Below, one piece after another: positions 27,561 through 41,744 of a stretch of DNA of 64,000 bases. Origin of the DNA: the human T2T-CHM13v2.0 reference genome, Homo sapiens; NCBI RefSeq assembly GCF_009914755.1, contig NC_060929.1; one strand, 5' to 3'. Below the pieces are notes generated by a model. That model ran no database searches. It saw only the letters and a list, made by a program, of their open reading frames with translations, and was not told the DNA's origin. Made by a program: the position numbers and the translations under genes. Position 1 is the first letter of the stretch. Every line of letters begins with the position of its first letter.

Positions 27561-28029
27561 CACTGCACGTGATAGTAATTGCTCCTCCACACTTCATGTC
27601 ATTGTTATGACGTGAAACCCATGATACCATTTGAAAAGGGAGCTTCTCCAGTAGCTTGTTCTGCTTTCTTGCCAACACAATATCCATCAGTAAGTATTTA
27701 GCTGGCTCTAGAGGCTTATTGGCAATGACGTGACTTGTTTTGCTGTAGAGAAGGACACTTTAAATGACAGCTCTGTACTTTTGGTCTCACCTATGCCTTG
27801 GCAGCACAATTTGTATTCCAATTTTTACTGGAAAGTATTATTTTGCACTTGTTTCAGAAAAACTCTGTTGGTTTATCAGGAAGGTTGTTATGCTGTGTTT
27901 AAAAATAAGGGGAAAGCTTGAGTTACTTCATGACCCTATATGAGAAAGTTTCATAACAGAAAATGCACTAGAGACAAGGGGTGAATGCATGAATAATCTT
28001 ATAAAATCTATTGGATTTACTTGTCCCAG

Positions 28030-28037
28030 TCTGTCTC

Positions 28038-28093
<56 letters not shown>

Positions 28094-28120
28094 CCTATCT
28101 CTCATATATCTATCTATATA
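28030..28120. repeat. Compound (TCTG)n(TCTA)11 tetranucleotide STR
   Basis: TCTA repeated 11 times at 28050-28093, preceded by TCTG units. Confidence 0.95.
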
Positions 28121-28239
28121 TAGAGAGAGGTAAAATATTTATACTTGAGTTTTGGTGATCATTTGCATTTACATTACCCTGAGTCGTATGTTTTTACTAC
28201 TATTTTATTACTTTTTTTGCATTTCAGTATACTCCCTTG

Positions 28240-28241
<2 letters not shown>

Positions 28242-28273
<32 letters not shown>
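28242..28273. repeat. (GT)n microsatellite
   Basis: About 16 GT units. Confidence 0.95.
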
Positions 28274-28276
<3 letters not shown>

Positions 28277-28304
28277 AATTGGGAATAAAATAACACAAAA
28301 TTGA

Positions 28305-28550
28305 GAGGCAGCAGAGAGTTAAAGTTTATGGATTTAAGCCAGATTGCCTGGAGTCAAATTCCAAATTCGGCAGTTGATCTCTCCCTGACACAGTTTTCTC
28401 ATCTATAAAATGGAGATAATAATAATAATAATACCTACCTCATGAGAGGTAGGTATTAATTTTGAAAATTAAATGTGTTCACTTGAAACAAGTATATCTG
28501 GTGTATATGTATGTGGCATATAGTAAGTGCTTTGAAAATACTTGCCATCT
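28305..28550 (+). mobile_element. MIR
   Basis: CAGTTTTCTCATCTATAAAATGGAGATAATAATA...CCTACCTCAT core and TGGCATATAGTAAGTGCT 3' end. Confidence 0.75.
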
Positions 28551-28721
28551 AACAAATGAAACATGTATGGATAACAAAAATGAAAATGTAACAGTTGTAA
28601 ATAATAATACGTAAATATAATGAAGAACTGTACCCTGTTGACTGAAAGTTAACCACGACAAAATGACAACATGGAATCCTAATAGTGTTTATATGACTTT
28701 TAGGAACATAATAGTTATTGA

Positions 28722-29033
<312 letters not shown>

Positions 29034-29134
29034 TGAGATTTTTTTAAAACCTATAACTAACCTTACATTGCAAATTTGTGACCTGTATATAAACAAAGTT
29101 GCCTCTTACCTTTTCCTCTACTACTGGCAGACCA

Positions 29135-29643
29135 CATTCAGGTTACTATTGCTGCATAACCAATTCCCCTAAATTTTAGCAGCTTAAAACAATCTTTATA
29201 TTTTGCCTACAATCTTGTGGATAAGGAATTTGAGAAGGGTTCTGCTGGTCAGTTCTTGTTTGGAATCGTCAAGCAATGGCAACCAGCATTTGGATGGTGC
29301 TGGATCATCTGAAGGTTAGACTGGGCTGGATGTCCAAGATATTCTAGTGTGGCTTGTAGTTGATGCTGGATATCAGCTGGGAGATTAGCTGGGACTACTG
29401 AACAAAGTGCTTAGACATGGCCTTGCTAGCGTGACAGTCTTAGGGGAGTTTGACATGTCACATAGTGGCTGGCTCCCCCAGGGTGAGGATCCCAGGAGGA
29501 CCAGCCTTGGAAGTCACATAACATCACTTCTGCCATGTTCTATTGGTTGAAGCCTGCCCAGATTCAAGGGAGGGACCATTGACCCCGCCTCTTAGTGGGA
29601 GAAATGTCAAAGAATTCTGGGGCCATGTTTTTAAATTGCCACA
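29135..29643 (-). mobile_element. Old MaLR LTR (MLT1H/I-like)
   Basis: TATTGCTGCATAACC...GCTTAAAACAA...GCCTTGGAAGTCACATAACATCACTTCTGCC...TTGCCACA. Confidence 0.7.
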
Positions 29644-31399
29644 GAACACTTAATAGAATTCCAGTAACTACTACAGATCTGTAGAAACATTCCTCTGGGA
29701 TGTGTATATCTAGGCTATTCAATTCTAGTTTCTATAACTTTGTTGTAAAGGTCTAATGTTTTACCATGTGAGCCATTCACAGAGGTTTATTCTGAGTCTT
29801 TTATAATAGAAATATCCCAGGGCCAGGACAAGGAAAACTCAGAAATCAGGTAAAACTTCGAAAGAGTGAGGAGAATCCAGTGAAATTTATTGAAAGCCAT
29901 CGGTAGTAAAAAGTTCATCTCCTTGATGCTTGGAAGTCTCGCTAGTCCTGCAACCACAAGTCATTTAAACAGCTCCCCTTAGGGACTGCCTCAGATCAAC
30001 TCAGCCTTTCCTTAGACTTGGGAAATGAATCGCTATTTCTTGGGCCTGTTACTTCTCCAAGTAAATCTTGTACATGACTCTGGAAAAAAAATACCTCTTC
30101 ATACCATATTCTGTTTTAGTTCTGCACGCATTGCTCATTCCTCAGTTTCCCTGACTTTGAGTCTTCAAGTATCTCTTGACTGGACCCCCCTTTTTTAGGA
30201 GCAGTAAGAGATCTGATCCATTGAGTCCTCAATATGAGGGCACCGCCTACATAGAACAGGCCAAAGCAAGTGCTCTAATATAAATTGTTCTTCGATGAAT
30301 CCACGTGGAAATAGGCCAATATCCACAGCTGGATGAGATCTGTTTTCAGGTTTGGAAATAGTTTGCTTTCTAAAAGTTGACATTGTCCATGGGACAAATA
30401 TATTTGATATCTCCCATTGCTACTGACTGGGGGCAACTTTGATGAATATGCGTTGGACCAAATAAAAAAAGAGGGCCACTAGTACCCCCAGATGAAGCAA
30501 ATAAGCTGGATTCATTGTGGAAATTCTTTGAGGCTCACAAAGTCAGGTTAGAAGAACCATGAATAGATTTGGCTCATCTTTTAAAACACCATCTCCTACA
30601 GTTAAGAGCATCCTCCTGCACCCTGCTCTTCTTCCTACTTTCCAGCTTCCTTTTCCATGTAAGATGGCTTTCCTGGAATGCCTTGTTTTCATGTGTGCCC
30701 TGAACACCAGCCTGCTAAGGCAACACTGCTCTTCGGCAGGCTGCATCTTCATGAACATGGCAGCCACGAGGCAAGACCTGGATCCCAGCCTGCTCTCCTG
30801 CTTTTGACAGGAGAAGCCTTAAGGAGTTAGAATTCACCCAAGCTCACCGGTACCCAGAGTTCTGTAGCTGTCATTCTGCAGCATTTCCTTGCAGCCCTTT
30901 TCCTCTGGGTCAGGTTTTGAAAGTACTCAAACTCCACAGGCCTGTGTTTTGGATGTGAATTTGAGTCTTACTGCTTTGTGGTCTTCTGGCCAATCATGAA
31001 GCCCCTTTGATTAAAAACAAAGGAGTCAAGAAGAGGCTAAGGTTTTCTTGACATCAACAAGCTCTTCAAAGCAACATTTCAAAAAGTGCTAATGACTCAG
31101 ACCAGATGGAGTCTATTTCCATGAAAAAGCTGAGTGTCTAAAGAAGCAGGAAGTAAAGCTCATGCAGACCACTGTCTTTTGGTTTTCCGAACTCCAGCCT
31201 CACTCCAAACACCACCAAGCTGCATCCTGCCTTCTCTCTTCTGTCTGCTTGAACTGCCATTGCCCTTCAGCTTTTCAAAGAAACCGGACTTAGCCCATAT
31301 GGAAAATAACCTCAGACTTCAAACCTGGACTGGGATTCTTAGACTTCTTTGGTTACCAAAATGCTTTCAGTTCAAAGTAATCTCTTATTTAACTTTGAT

Positions 31400-31826
31400 T
31401 TTTTTTAGTTGTGGAAAATATGCATAACATAAAACTTACCACTTTAACCATTTTTAAGTGCACAGTTCAGTGGTATTAAATACATTCACATTGTTGTTCA
31501 ACCATCACCACCATCCATCTTTAGAGCTATTTTGTCTTCTCCAACTACAAGTCTGTACCCATTAAACAGTAACTCACCATTCCCCCTCCTGCTAACCCTT
31601 GGCATCCACCATTCTATTTTCTGTCTCTATGATTTTACTGTTCTCAGTGCCTCATTAAATGCAGTCATCCAATATTTTTCCATTTGTGACTGGCTTATTT
31701 CACTTAGTGTAATGTCTTCAGATATCATCCATGTTGTAGCATGTGTGAGAATTTCCTTTCTCTTTGGCTTATAATATTCCACTCTATGTATGCACTATAT
31801 TTTGTTTCTCTATTCATCCATCAGTG
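31400..31826 (-). mobile_element. L1M (L1MB-like) 3' end
   Basis: CATAAAACTTACCACTTTAACCATTTTTAAGTGCACAGTTCAGTGG...CATCCATGTTGTAGCATG. Confidence 0.85.
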
Positions 31827-31836
31827 CAAAGGTGTG

Positions 31837-32090
<254 letters not shown>

Positions 32091-32329
32091 TGAGCAAATG
32101 AGTAACACAGATCTGAAAATGCTAGTGGGCTGATGTAGGAGGGAGCGTAATGAACAAGCCATTGTGTATGTGATGGTGTGAGAAAGTGGGAAAAATGGGT
32201 GTCTTTGAGGTATATAACAGCCTGGAGTTTAAGGAAACTTTCTCGACCAAATGAAGTCCATTCTGAAAGCTCAAGGATCAACAGGAGTTAGTTTGGTGAA
32301 GAGTTGGAGGAATGAGTTTCACGCAAGGG

Positions 32330-32550
32330 AACAGTGTATATTGAGTCTTCTCTGGTCCTCTGAATATGCTTTGACAATATTAAGAGCCACATAGAATTAA
32401 AATCATATGTTTCCTTATACGTCTCCCTCCTTAGATTTGAAGTTTCTTGAGGACAGGATTGTGTGGTATTCACCTTTGTAACTTCAGTGGCTAGCACTGA
32501 AGTGCTTGCCCAGAGTGAGAGTTTGGAAAATGCTTATTTTATCAGACCAA
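32330..32550 (+). mobile_element. L2 3' end
   Basis: TTAGATTTGAAGTTTCTTGAGGACAGGA...CTAGCAC motif. Confidence 0.6.
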
Positions 32551-32639
32551 CAAAACTGAGCATTTATCTTTGGTTTCTGACAGCTTCTAAGCCAGACATC
32601 ACCATCAAATGAAACTTTTTTTTATGTAGAGTCTCAGAT

Positions 32640-33180
32640 TTTCTCTTCCTAGCTACCCTGTGAGATAGGCATTGTGATCTAGTTTAGAGATTTTTTAAAA
32701 AGCCAAGGTTCATAGTCCAAGGTTACACAGCTAGTAAGTGGAAAAGTCGGGATTGAACCCAGGTCTAATTGACATAAAAAGTTATGATCTTGTCATTATT
32801 TTATGCTGCTTAATTTTGCATATTCACAGATAATTCATAATCAGGAGTGGGGAAATTAGCTTTCATTGAGGGCCTAGATATTGTCCCAGGGGCTTATGTT
32901 ATAATAGCTGACTTTGAGCACTTACCAGATTGTTTTAAGCACTTTGCATGTTTTTTCTCATTGAATTCTCGTAACAGCCCTATAAGGTGGGGACTATAAT
33001 TATTTCTCCTTTACAGATGAGAGAAACTAAGGCACAAAGAGCCAGGGTCTGACGGAGGCAGACAGACTAGTGAGACGGCATCACAGCATGCTGGGCTGCT
33101 GCCCTGAGCCCCTCGGAACCTCTGGGAGGCAATTAGTATTACCTCTATCTTAAAGAGGAGGGAACTGGGTCAGAGGAGTG
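32640..33180 (-). mobile_element. Cluster of MIR fragments
   Basis: CCAAGGTTACACAGCTAGTAAGTGG, TTTACAGATGAGAGAAACTAAGGCAC and GAGGAGGGAACTGGGTCAGAG cores. Confidence 0.65.
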
Positions 33181-36100
33181 ATATTTACTGTCTTTGCTCT
33201 TGGTTTTAAATCCTTTGTATTATTTGGAAAGAACTCTTCTTTCTTCTGTTAGGCCCTCAACTGCCTCCACATAATCAGAAAAATCACTTTCAGTGTGGCA
33301 GAATCTAAGAAATTCTTTCTCCCAAGCAGAAGTTGAGGCATTTAAACCCCCAGTCCTTCTCTGAGGTTTTGACTATTTGATGTTCTTTCTGCCTTGGGAG
33401 GGTTGATTAAGAGCCCTACAAAGAGAGAAGCTTTAGACCTTCTGAGCTCTGAAAGGGTTCCTTGACCCCGGGCACCCCAGCAGCTGGGTCAGACATGGTG
33501 ATCATGATTTATAGATCAATAAACAGATCCTTTCCAAACCACTTTACCCCTCCTTGCTAGGGAGTGGGCAATCAACTTTCTTAGTGTAAAACCTACTTTT
33601 CATAAAATATTTTTGTTTGTTATTGAGGAAAGCCTCAGCATTTGGGGTAGGGGCGAGGATAGTGAGAGTGACAGCCAGGAATAACATGCAGAAATTCAAC
33701 AACAAAGGGAGACTTAAAATACTTAAGGGCACAAACACCTAAAACATTCTGATTTAGAAGGTTGTACCCAGTCAAATGCTATCTATTCATGTCTGTTTTT
33801 TTCCCCTACAAACTGCATTTGCAGACGGTGACTGTTGGCTCATGTATTCCCTTAAGGAGAAAAAATTACACATGTGGGAAATGAGATTCTCCTCCCCTTC
33901 CTCCTTCCTCCCCACCCCCGCCCACCCCTACACCCTCAAAACACCCAAACATTTTTTGAGCTACATGATGCAATATGATTTTTTTTTCTGCACAGAGGAG
34001 CAGCAATTTTTTTTTCTCAACTAATTTTTATTCCAAGACCTCACAAAGCGTGAGGAGAATAACTTCCTGAGTAGAGAAAGCATTCGAGTGTCTGCATCTG
34101 AAGATACACAAATCCCAGAATTTAATGGGAGTAGGGTGGAGACTAGAGGGAATGAAAACAGAAGAAAGTCATTCCTGCTACAGGGATGTTAAAAACCAAC
34201 ACCCTCACTCGTTTGCCTTCACTTTCTCTCTTTCTTTGTCTTTCTGTTTCTTTCTTTCTTTCTCTTTCTGTTTTTCATCGTTCCCTATGTCTATAAAGAA
34301 CCCTATAGACTTTAAATAAATTCAACTTTTTTCAGCTTGAAAAAATACTAAGGCACTTTTTCCTTTTTCTTTTAAAGAGCCAAGTCACTGATTATTGGGA
34401 TCTCAAAGGTTCTTAGGAGATGTTATTCCAATAAGTTCTACTCTTACCTATTGGGTTGTTAAATTATAAATTCTATTAAGGCATATTTTTCTCCAGTTTC
34501 AACTCCAGCAAGTTTTCCTTGTATAAAATACTCAGATTACACACAAGTGAGCACTAAAGTGGAGACGGCGGGAGGAGGATAGATAAGCGTTAGGCGTCAC
34601 ATCTAGAAAATTCCTGTAGCCACAAACGTAGGGGCACACAATTAGCAGGCCTCTCAGGAAGGTTATACATCATGTCCAGGACTTTACATTAAAATGACTT
34701 TTTACTTGAGTCATTTGTTAGTCCATTACCAGTTCACATATCAGATTGCATTTCATCTTGTATTAAATCAAGGTAATCTGGCATGTAAAAATAGCTCCCT
34801 CAATTCACTTCCAGCTCTCAGCAAGACTGGAGATTCCCGCAGCATTTTGCCTCACACTCCTCCACAAGGTCTGCAGAATCATGACCTTTTGCTGAAAGTA
34901 TTCATCATTGATTGAATCTCAGATTCTCCCACAGAAACATGCAATTGACAGATGAAGGCCTAATCATGTGCTAAATGCTGGTTTTTCTCTTTAGGGTTCA
35001 ACTCCTTCTCCTCCAACTACAGTCCTAAGAGGACCCGAGACTGTGTGATCCCTGTTGCTAATCCTGCAATCATTACAGGCAGAAAAAGCAGAAGAGAGAC
35101 CCAGAACTAATTACAAAGGAGCAGAGGAAACCTGCATAAAGAAGCTACATTTGTAGACTTTGAGGCCAACTGGATCCTCCTTATATGATGACTAGCTCCA
35201 TTTCCAAGCAGTGTGTCCTTTTATGGGGGAGTGGGGCTATGACCGAGTGCTGGGTAATGACCAAGACTTCACTGGGAGGAAAACTGAGCCTCCATATAAT
35301 TCCCTCTATTTATTGCATGAAGGTACTTTTAGGTTATTGTGCCACTGTGATGCAAATGTCTAGTTTTAGAGTGAAATCCTGCCCACCACAGGCCCAAACC
35401 ACATGTGTCACATCCATTATGTCCCTAATGCTCTTCCCTGTTACCCCTGTGTTTCTAAATGCTTAATGCTCCTATGAGTAAATGATTTCTTTCCACTACT
35501 ACTTAAAGTGCCAGAAGGCAAGAGAAATTTAAACAGACCTAAGATCAACATTGTGAGTTTACTTGGCCTCCCCGTCTAGCAACACTGCCATAAATTTCTT
35601 CGGCTTCTTAGTTGGGAATTTAAAAGGCCTATAGTCTTGGCAAGGTTTATATAACAATGTTTCTTCTATATGGATTATAAACTTGCAAAATCCTAAGCAG
35701 TGGTGGGTATCATATTTGGTCAGTGGGTCAACCTGAGAAGCCAACAGAAAAACTCAACACCATGTCCAGCCAAAGACTTTTTCTGGATTTGGCCTGGTGG
35801 GTGGAAACAGCTTGATCAGCTCCATCTCTGACAAGGTCAGAAGCCTGGGTCTTGGGGAGTGTTATGGGCTTTTAAAAAGTTTTCCTTTGGGGCTTTGCTA
35901 TATTACAGTCCAGTCTTTTGTGGCCCTTGCAGAGCCAAGGACCCTAAGCAATGTTATAGCTGGCAGAGCCTTCATGGAATCTCCGTTGGGACATTACTAG
36001 CTCCAGTTTCATGAGGCTGTCTCAGACAGCCACTCCTCAGAGTGCAAGAAAGCTCAGAGAATAGGAATCAGCACTGGTTTGTGCTGAGTTTGGCCCTGGG

Positions 36101-39070
36101 AGGCCTGGGGTTCATCAGCCAGGCTAGCGTGCTTGATTCCATCAAAGCAGCCTTTGTGATAAGAAGGTGCCCCTCCTTTCCTGCCTGCACATTTTCCTCT
36201 TCAGGATGACCTGCTGCCGAAGTTATTACCTATGCCTCTTTTCCCAGGTGCATGGTAGTTGGCATGGACACTCTTGCACAGGACTAGTAGGTAGATCTTT
36301 TAAGTGACTTGGCTTCAAGGGGATTCCAAATGTCCCTCACTAAAGACAAAGAACATTTCTTTAATGAGAGCTGGTGTCCCCTGTATGAAGCTCTCCCCTC
36401 AAAACAAGTGTCAAGCTTTCTGTCTCTTATGGGATGACTCAGCAGAACAAGGAAGCTTAACATTGAACATGACTCATTATGTGCAGAGAGCTATGTGTTA
36501 GGAACTAAAGGCTGAAAGTGGTGTGAAAACTGGTCAGCCATTGGTTGGCTCCAATCTCCAAGAATCAGAGTGATGTATGCACAGACCTATCTTTCCCTGC
36601 TGCCAGGAAAAGCACACAACTATGGGATTTTGCTCTGACTTTGGAGAGACATTTGAGTTTTACTCTCTGCAAGACAAATTGTGAAGATTGTTCTCATAGC
36701 TCTAATTCATCTTCCAGGATGGGCTGAAAATGAAGTTTCCAACCATCAAGACTGATCAGCAAGAAAAAGAGAGAAGTCTACAAGGTTCCTGGGTTGATGG
36801 GAACAAAGAGGTCAAGTTTTCATTTTACCAAGGCTTTTCTTATTATTAGAAGGAAACTAAAGTATAAAGATATGAAAATAATAAAGAAGACCAATTAGAA
36901 GACAACAGTTTATAGTATTTAGCCAATAAGATGTGTCAGGGAGAAATAACAGACATTTAAGTAATGCACAGTCACACAGATGTTTCTGATTTGTTCTCTT
37001 ATAATTCAAGGCCCAGACAGTATTCAATTAAATCCAAAGGCTTCCACTGAAAATCGATTCAAGGATATACTCTTTAGGTCTACGAATCATTAACCTATAA
37101 TACTCATTGCCTGGGAGTAGTATTTAGGTCCAAGATAAGAAGAAAAACATTAATGATTGGAAGTACAGGTTAGGTCAACAATTTTTCAACTTTTTAAAAT
37201 AAGTGGAACTTTTAAAAAATGAAGAATGAAATCACGGTATGTGAAACAGATAAAAGTGGAAATGTATTTGGGGGGAACTACTAACCTCCTCTTTTCCACT
37301 TGAAGCACTTTTGGCTTCATAAAACAGTGACGAAATGTGTGTTATAGGTAATTATTTTAAAAACTAGTCACTGTGGAAGCATTAGACCAGGTATTTTCAA
37401 TAATCCTTTTCCCAAGGAGCCATAGCTGATGAACGTTATAGCCTCAGCATTTCTAGAGATGAAGTTTCTAGACTTGATTTGCTGTGAATGATGATGTTAG
37501 AAACATCATGCTACTGGCTCCTATCACTTTCCAATTGCCTTGTAACATGGCAGTTACTTTATGTACCAACATCCCAAAGGTGTGATTGAATGTGGATTAT
37601 CAATTCACACAGGGTCTCTCTGGTGCTGGGATACCTGTTATAATCACTTTCTAATTCCTAGATTTGCTGGTGTTTAGAAATCTGAAAGGTATCAGAAAAA
37701 CAGATTTTATCACAATTTTTGGCTATTGAAAATGTCAGTAACATATTTTTTTAATCACTGCACCTGTAGAATTATTCTCACAAAAAATTCATTTGGGTCT
37801 CCAGAAACTGTTAGCAAAAGCTAAAGAGGGCATTTATTTTCTGACTTCCTTCCTACCCCTTCCTGAGGATTGAATATCTATCTTAATAATTTTGGATGTG
37901 CTTATAAATGAATTGATATTCAAATCAGATACCTCTGCCCCATGTCAGGCTTTGGTTGCGCAAGTAATGGGTGACTCACCTTACCTTCTGTTCCACATGT
38001 GAAGCCAACACCTCTTGAAGCCAAATTTCTATAGCTTTTGAAAATACAGTATTACTCTTGGTATTGGGTTAACTGTAAATGAAATAAACAGGTTAGCAAA
38101 AAAGGTACAAATCTTATCTAAACCTCTGTACATCAAGTATGGATATTCACTTCTAAATCAATTCAGAATCAAATTGATTTTTGGTGTCAATGCCCAAAGG
38201 TAGGTAAATATAGATGAGATGGCTCTACCTTAGAGAGTTGAATGATTCCTCCATATTTAAAACTCTGTTCAACTTAGTGAGAAGAGATTATTAAGATACG
38301 TAATGAAGTCCTATTTTGTATGGAGATTTGATTCCAATGTCAGTATTTAAGGCAAAAAATGTACGTAGTCCAATCATCCTTGACAAACCCTTATAATGCA
38401 TATAAAGTATAGTCATATGTATGTATAAAAGTTTAATTATATAGTAAAATACAATATGTAATAAAGATTACATATGCAATTAATAATTTGTAATATTTTT
38501 AAATGCACAAAAGCCAAGTAGACTCTGTCTGATTTTATGCGGCTGAGCTGTTTTAAGTTAAATGTATGCATGTACGGCCTCTTCTCGCAGACATGTGTCT
38601 GTGTGGGCCACACAGGCGCTGGGGCCAAGGCTAAATAATTCCTCTGTATTCACATGCCTTCACTCCCAGAGTTTGTTTATCTGTCATCCAGTTCTGTTTT
38701 TATGGTCCCATTTCTTTGCAGTATCTTGTAGTTTCTTGGCCTCTGATTTACTTTCCTTGAGATGATACTTAAGAGGATTGACATTTTAAAATTTAGATGA
38801 GTTGTCATCTATTTAATACACTCTTCTGGTATGAAGAACTAGTTTTATAATGAGTCAGAAATCAGCCTTGTAAAATAAAGGTGAACACACTGGGCCAAAT
38901 GCAAATAGGCTAATACCAATTTCTAATTGTTTCCTTCCCAACATTTTGGTTGAAGATGGGGTGAGGTGTGTCTTCCCTTCCACACTTACTGGATTTACAT
39001 GTGACTAAAATCATAGTGCTAAAAGATACACTAGCAACTGTTACACTGAGATTTCAGTTAAGAAGAATTA

Positions 39071-39190
39071 CAGTAGAACTCCTTTATCCGAGGTTTTGCT
39101 TTCCAAGGCCTCAGTTACCTCTGGTCAACCAGTCTAAAAAAAAATAAATGAAATATTCCATAAATAAACAATTCACAAGTTTTTAGTTGT
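39071..39190 (+). mobile_element. MER44-like (Tigger7) left-end fragment
   Basis: TA|CAGTAG...TTATCCGAGGTTTTGCTTTCC...CAGTTACC...ATAAACAATTCACAAGTTTT. Confidence 0.7.
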
Positions 39191-40718
39191 TTTCCAGGGG
39201 TGTAGTGACAAAAGGAATTCTGTGGGGGTTGGTCATCTCTCAGTACCCATGATGGAAAACAGGCCCATTTCTCTACATCTGATTACTAGCCCCCTTCCTG
39301 GGCAAGGCATCTACCCCCATCTCAGGGCCACCCATGGCTGTCTCAGCAATCTCTTCCCCTTGCCAGCTCTAAGGATCGCTATTGTGGGTGGAGGTGAGAA
39401 ATGGAACTCCAGAGAGACTGATTCGGTTTGATTCTCACCACTTCTCTGTCATACTCCAGGATAAGGGGCTTTTGGATTTAAAAATGCATAATGTGTCCCT
39501 TTGTTCACCCATCCCCTCAGAAATTGGCCTTCAGTGGAGGCCATATGTCTAACAGTCCTAATGGGAGAGTCTCACAGAGTCGCAAGGCTTAAAAAACTGC
39601 AAAAGAAAAAACCCCACATAACTAATATATCAAATTATTATCCCACCACACTAAGAAGTATGTAGAGATTTGATACATGACTATTAAATAGAAAACATAT
39701 ACGACCATATAACTGTAGCTCCCTTCTCTAAAAGCCAAAGACAAATGGTCCATCAAAAAGTCTATAAAGTTACAGCTGAAACAGTCCTGCAAATCATATG
39801 TGCCCAAGGAACCATTAAAACATGCATCATTTTAAAGAGAAGTAGAACTGGAACCCTCCAAAGTGAAATTCACATTTGGTGAAACCTCAATGTTATAAGT
39901 TGAAAAGCGGGTAACTTCATATGTTTAAACTTCAGTGGTAATCATTCTTGCAATAGCCTGGTTTAGAAATTGTTAGTATCTTGTTAACCTTTCAGTGGAC
40001 TTTTAATGTTGTTTTTCCCAACACTTAGAGGTGAAATTTATAATATATAGATCACTAAATAAAAATGCAGAATGTCATCTTTGAAGCATACTGATTGATG
40101 CAAAACTGACTTAAATAAATGCAGTTTGTGGCTATCTTCCAGCAAGTGCTTTTGATGCTAAAGAGTTCCATACAATAGATTTCCATTTTCAAAATCACAT
40201 CAATTTTTACTTAGAGCATTTCTGAAAACAGGTGCCGCCACTTCCAATCAGCTGCCTGGCTATAATTTAAGATTCTCTTTCCATTAAGTTTCCATTGCGT
40301 TGTAGAAACTTGACCAATGTACGGCAAGATCTCATTGCTTTGGTGTCTTGATCTGGAAATCGCTGTTTCCAGTGCTGCCAAGGATTGTGCCATCAGTTGC
40401 TGTGGGATGAAGAAAAAAAAATTACCCAGAACTTTTCTTGGAGTTTGGAGTCACATCATTTGGAAGAGGGAGATGGGTCTTGGGCCAAGCTCTCTTCCGT
40501 GACTACATGTTTGGAACAGGAAGCTTCTCTGTGACTGGAGAATTGATTGATTGCTTGATATTTATTGAGCACCCATGGTGGGTTTGGTTCTCAATATATA
40601 CGAACACATCAATAGTTTTCTTTCCCAACCAGAGATATGATGCCTCAGGATGCTGCCTTAAGTACTTTCCAAAACAGTTCTACCTGGAGTCATTCCTATA
40701 TCCTTTCAGAATGGTTAT

Positions 40719-40742
40719 AAACAACAACAACAACAACAACAA
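40719..40742. repeat. (AAC)n microsatellite
   Basis: About 7-8 AAC units. Confidence 0.9.
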
Positions 40743-41744
40743 ATAAGTAAATGTGGTTTGATCAGAAGTTTCTTGTCTTTTCCCAATGGTCCTCAACTAC
40801 TTCTCAGTATTGAGCCCAATCTATAAGTAGAATTAGAATTAGCGATGTCTGTGGGAGCCAAGCCCTCTCTGACCTCCACAGCAACAACTGTTGTATTTCA
40901 GAGCAAAGGTCATCTGGAATTGGGAGGAATCCTCTAATTTCTATCACTAGCAGGAACAAAAGCCCCAGGCTTGGCAAACCTAATGGACAGCCTATGTTTC
41001 CAAAGTGACTGCCCAGGAGGATTGCTCTCCTCTGGGCTAGATGATTTCATTAATTGGTTTCTAACTCATAAGTCTGAGTTATTTATTGTAAAACCAAATA
41101 AGGACCATATGACTTTGAAGATCTGATCAGACCAGGCTGTGTGGGCCAGATACTGAGCAGATCAAGCTTCCCAGCATTAATCTGTCACAGTCCATTTTTC
41201 ACTTGCTACATCATCTTTATGCAAATCTTCCCCTAGAGGGGCGCACCTACTCAAGAACCCCTCTCCTTCACCTCCCACAGCTGTGGATGTTTTTGAGCTA
41301 TAGGCACATAAACTTAAGTCTTTAGATGTGCACTTAGAATTTTAGAGCAGGAAGAGATATTAGCAGTCATCTTGTATAAACCCTGATTTAACGTAAGGCA
41401 AAAGTGAGATAAAATGACTTGTCCAAGATCACAGAGCCAAAATGACGACAAGAAGAGAAAATTGTTATTATATAAGTTATGCATAAGTAGGACTAGAAAG
41501 AGCCCACTGGCTTATTCAGCCATTGGAAAGCATTCCTCATTACTAGAGGCTTGTCATATTTCCCCTTCTACCTCACCTTATTTAATAGGTTATAAAAGCA
41601 AAACATAATGTAAACAAGCACATCAGCAAGCAAAAGCAATATACATTTTGGAAGCTCTCAACTATTCTACTCATAACTGCTGTTAATTTTTGATGCATAT
41701 ACTTTCACTCTTTTTAACTTAGGCATAAAGGGCATATGATTTCT

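Noticed and set aside
41230-41246. CTCF-like CCCCTAGAGGGGCGC
   Set aside because: Spacing of the core does not fit the consensus.
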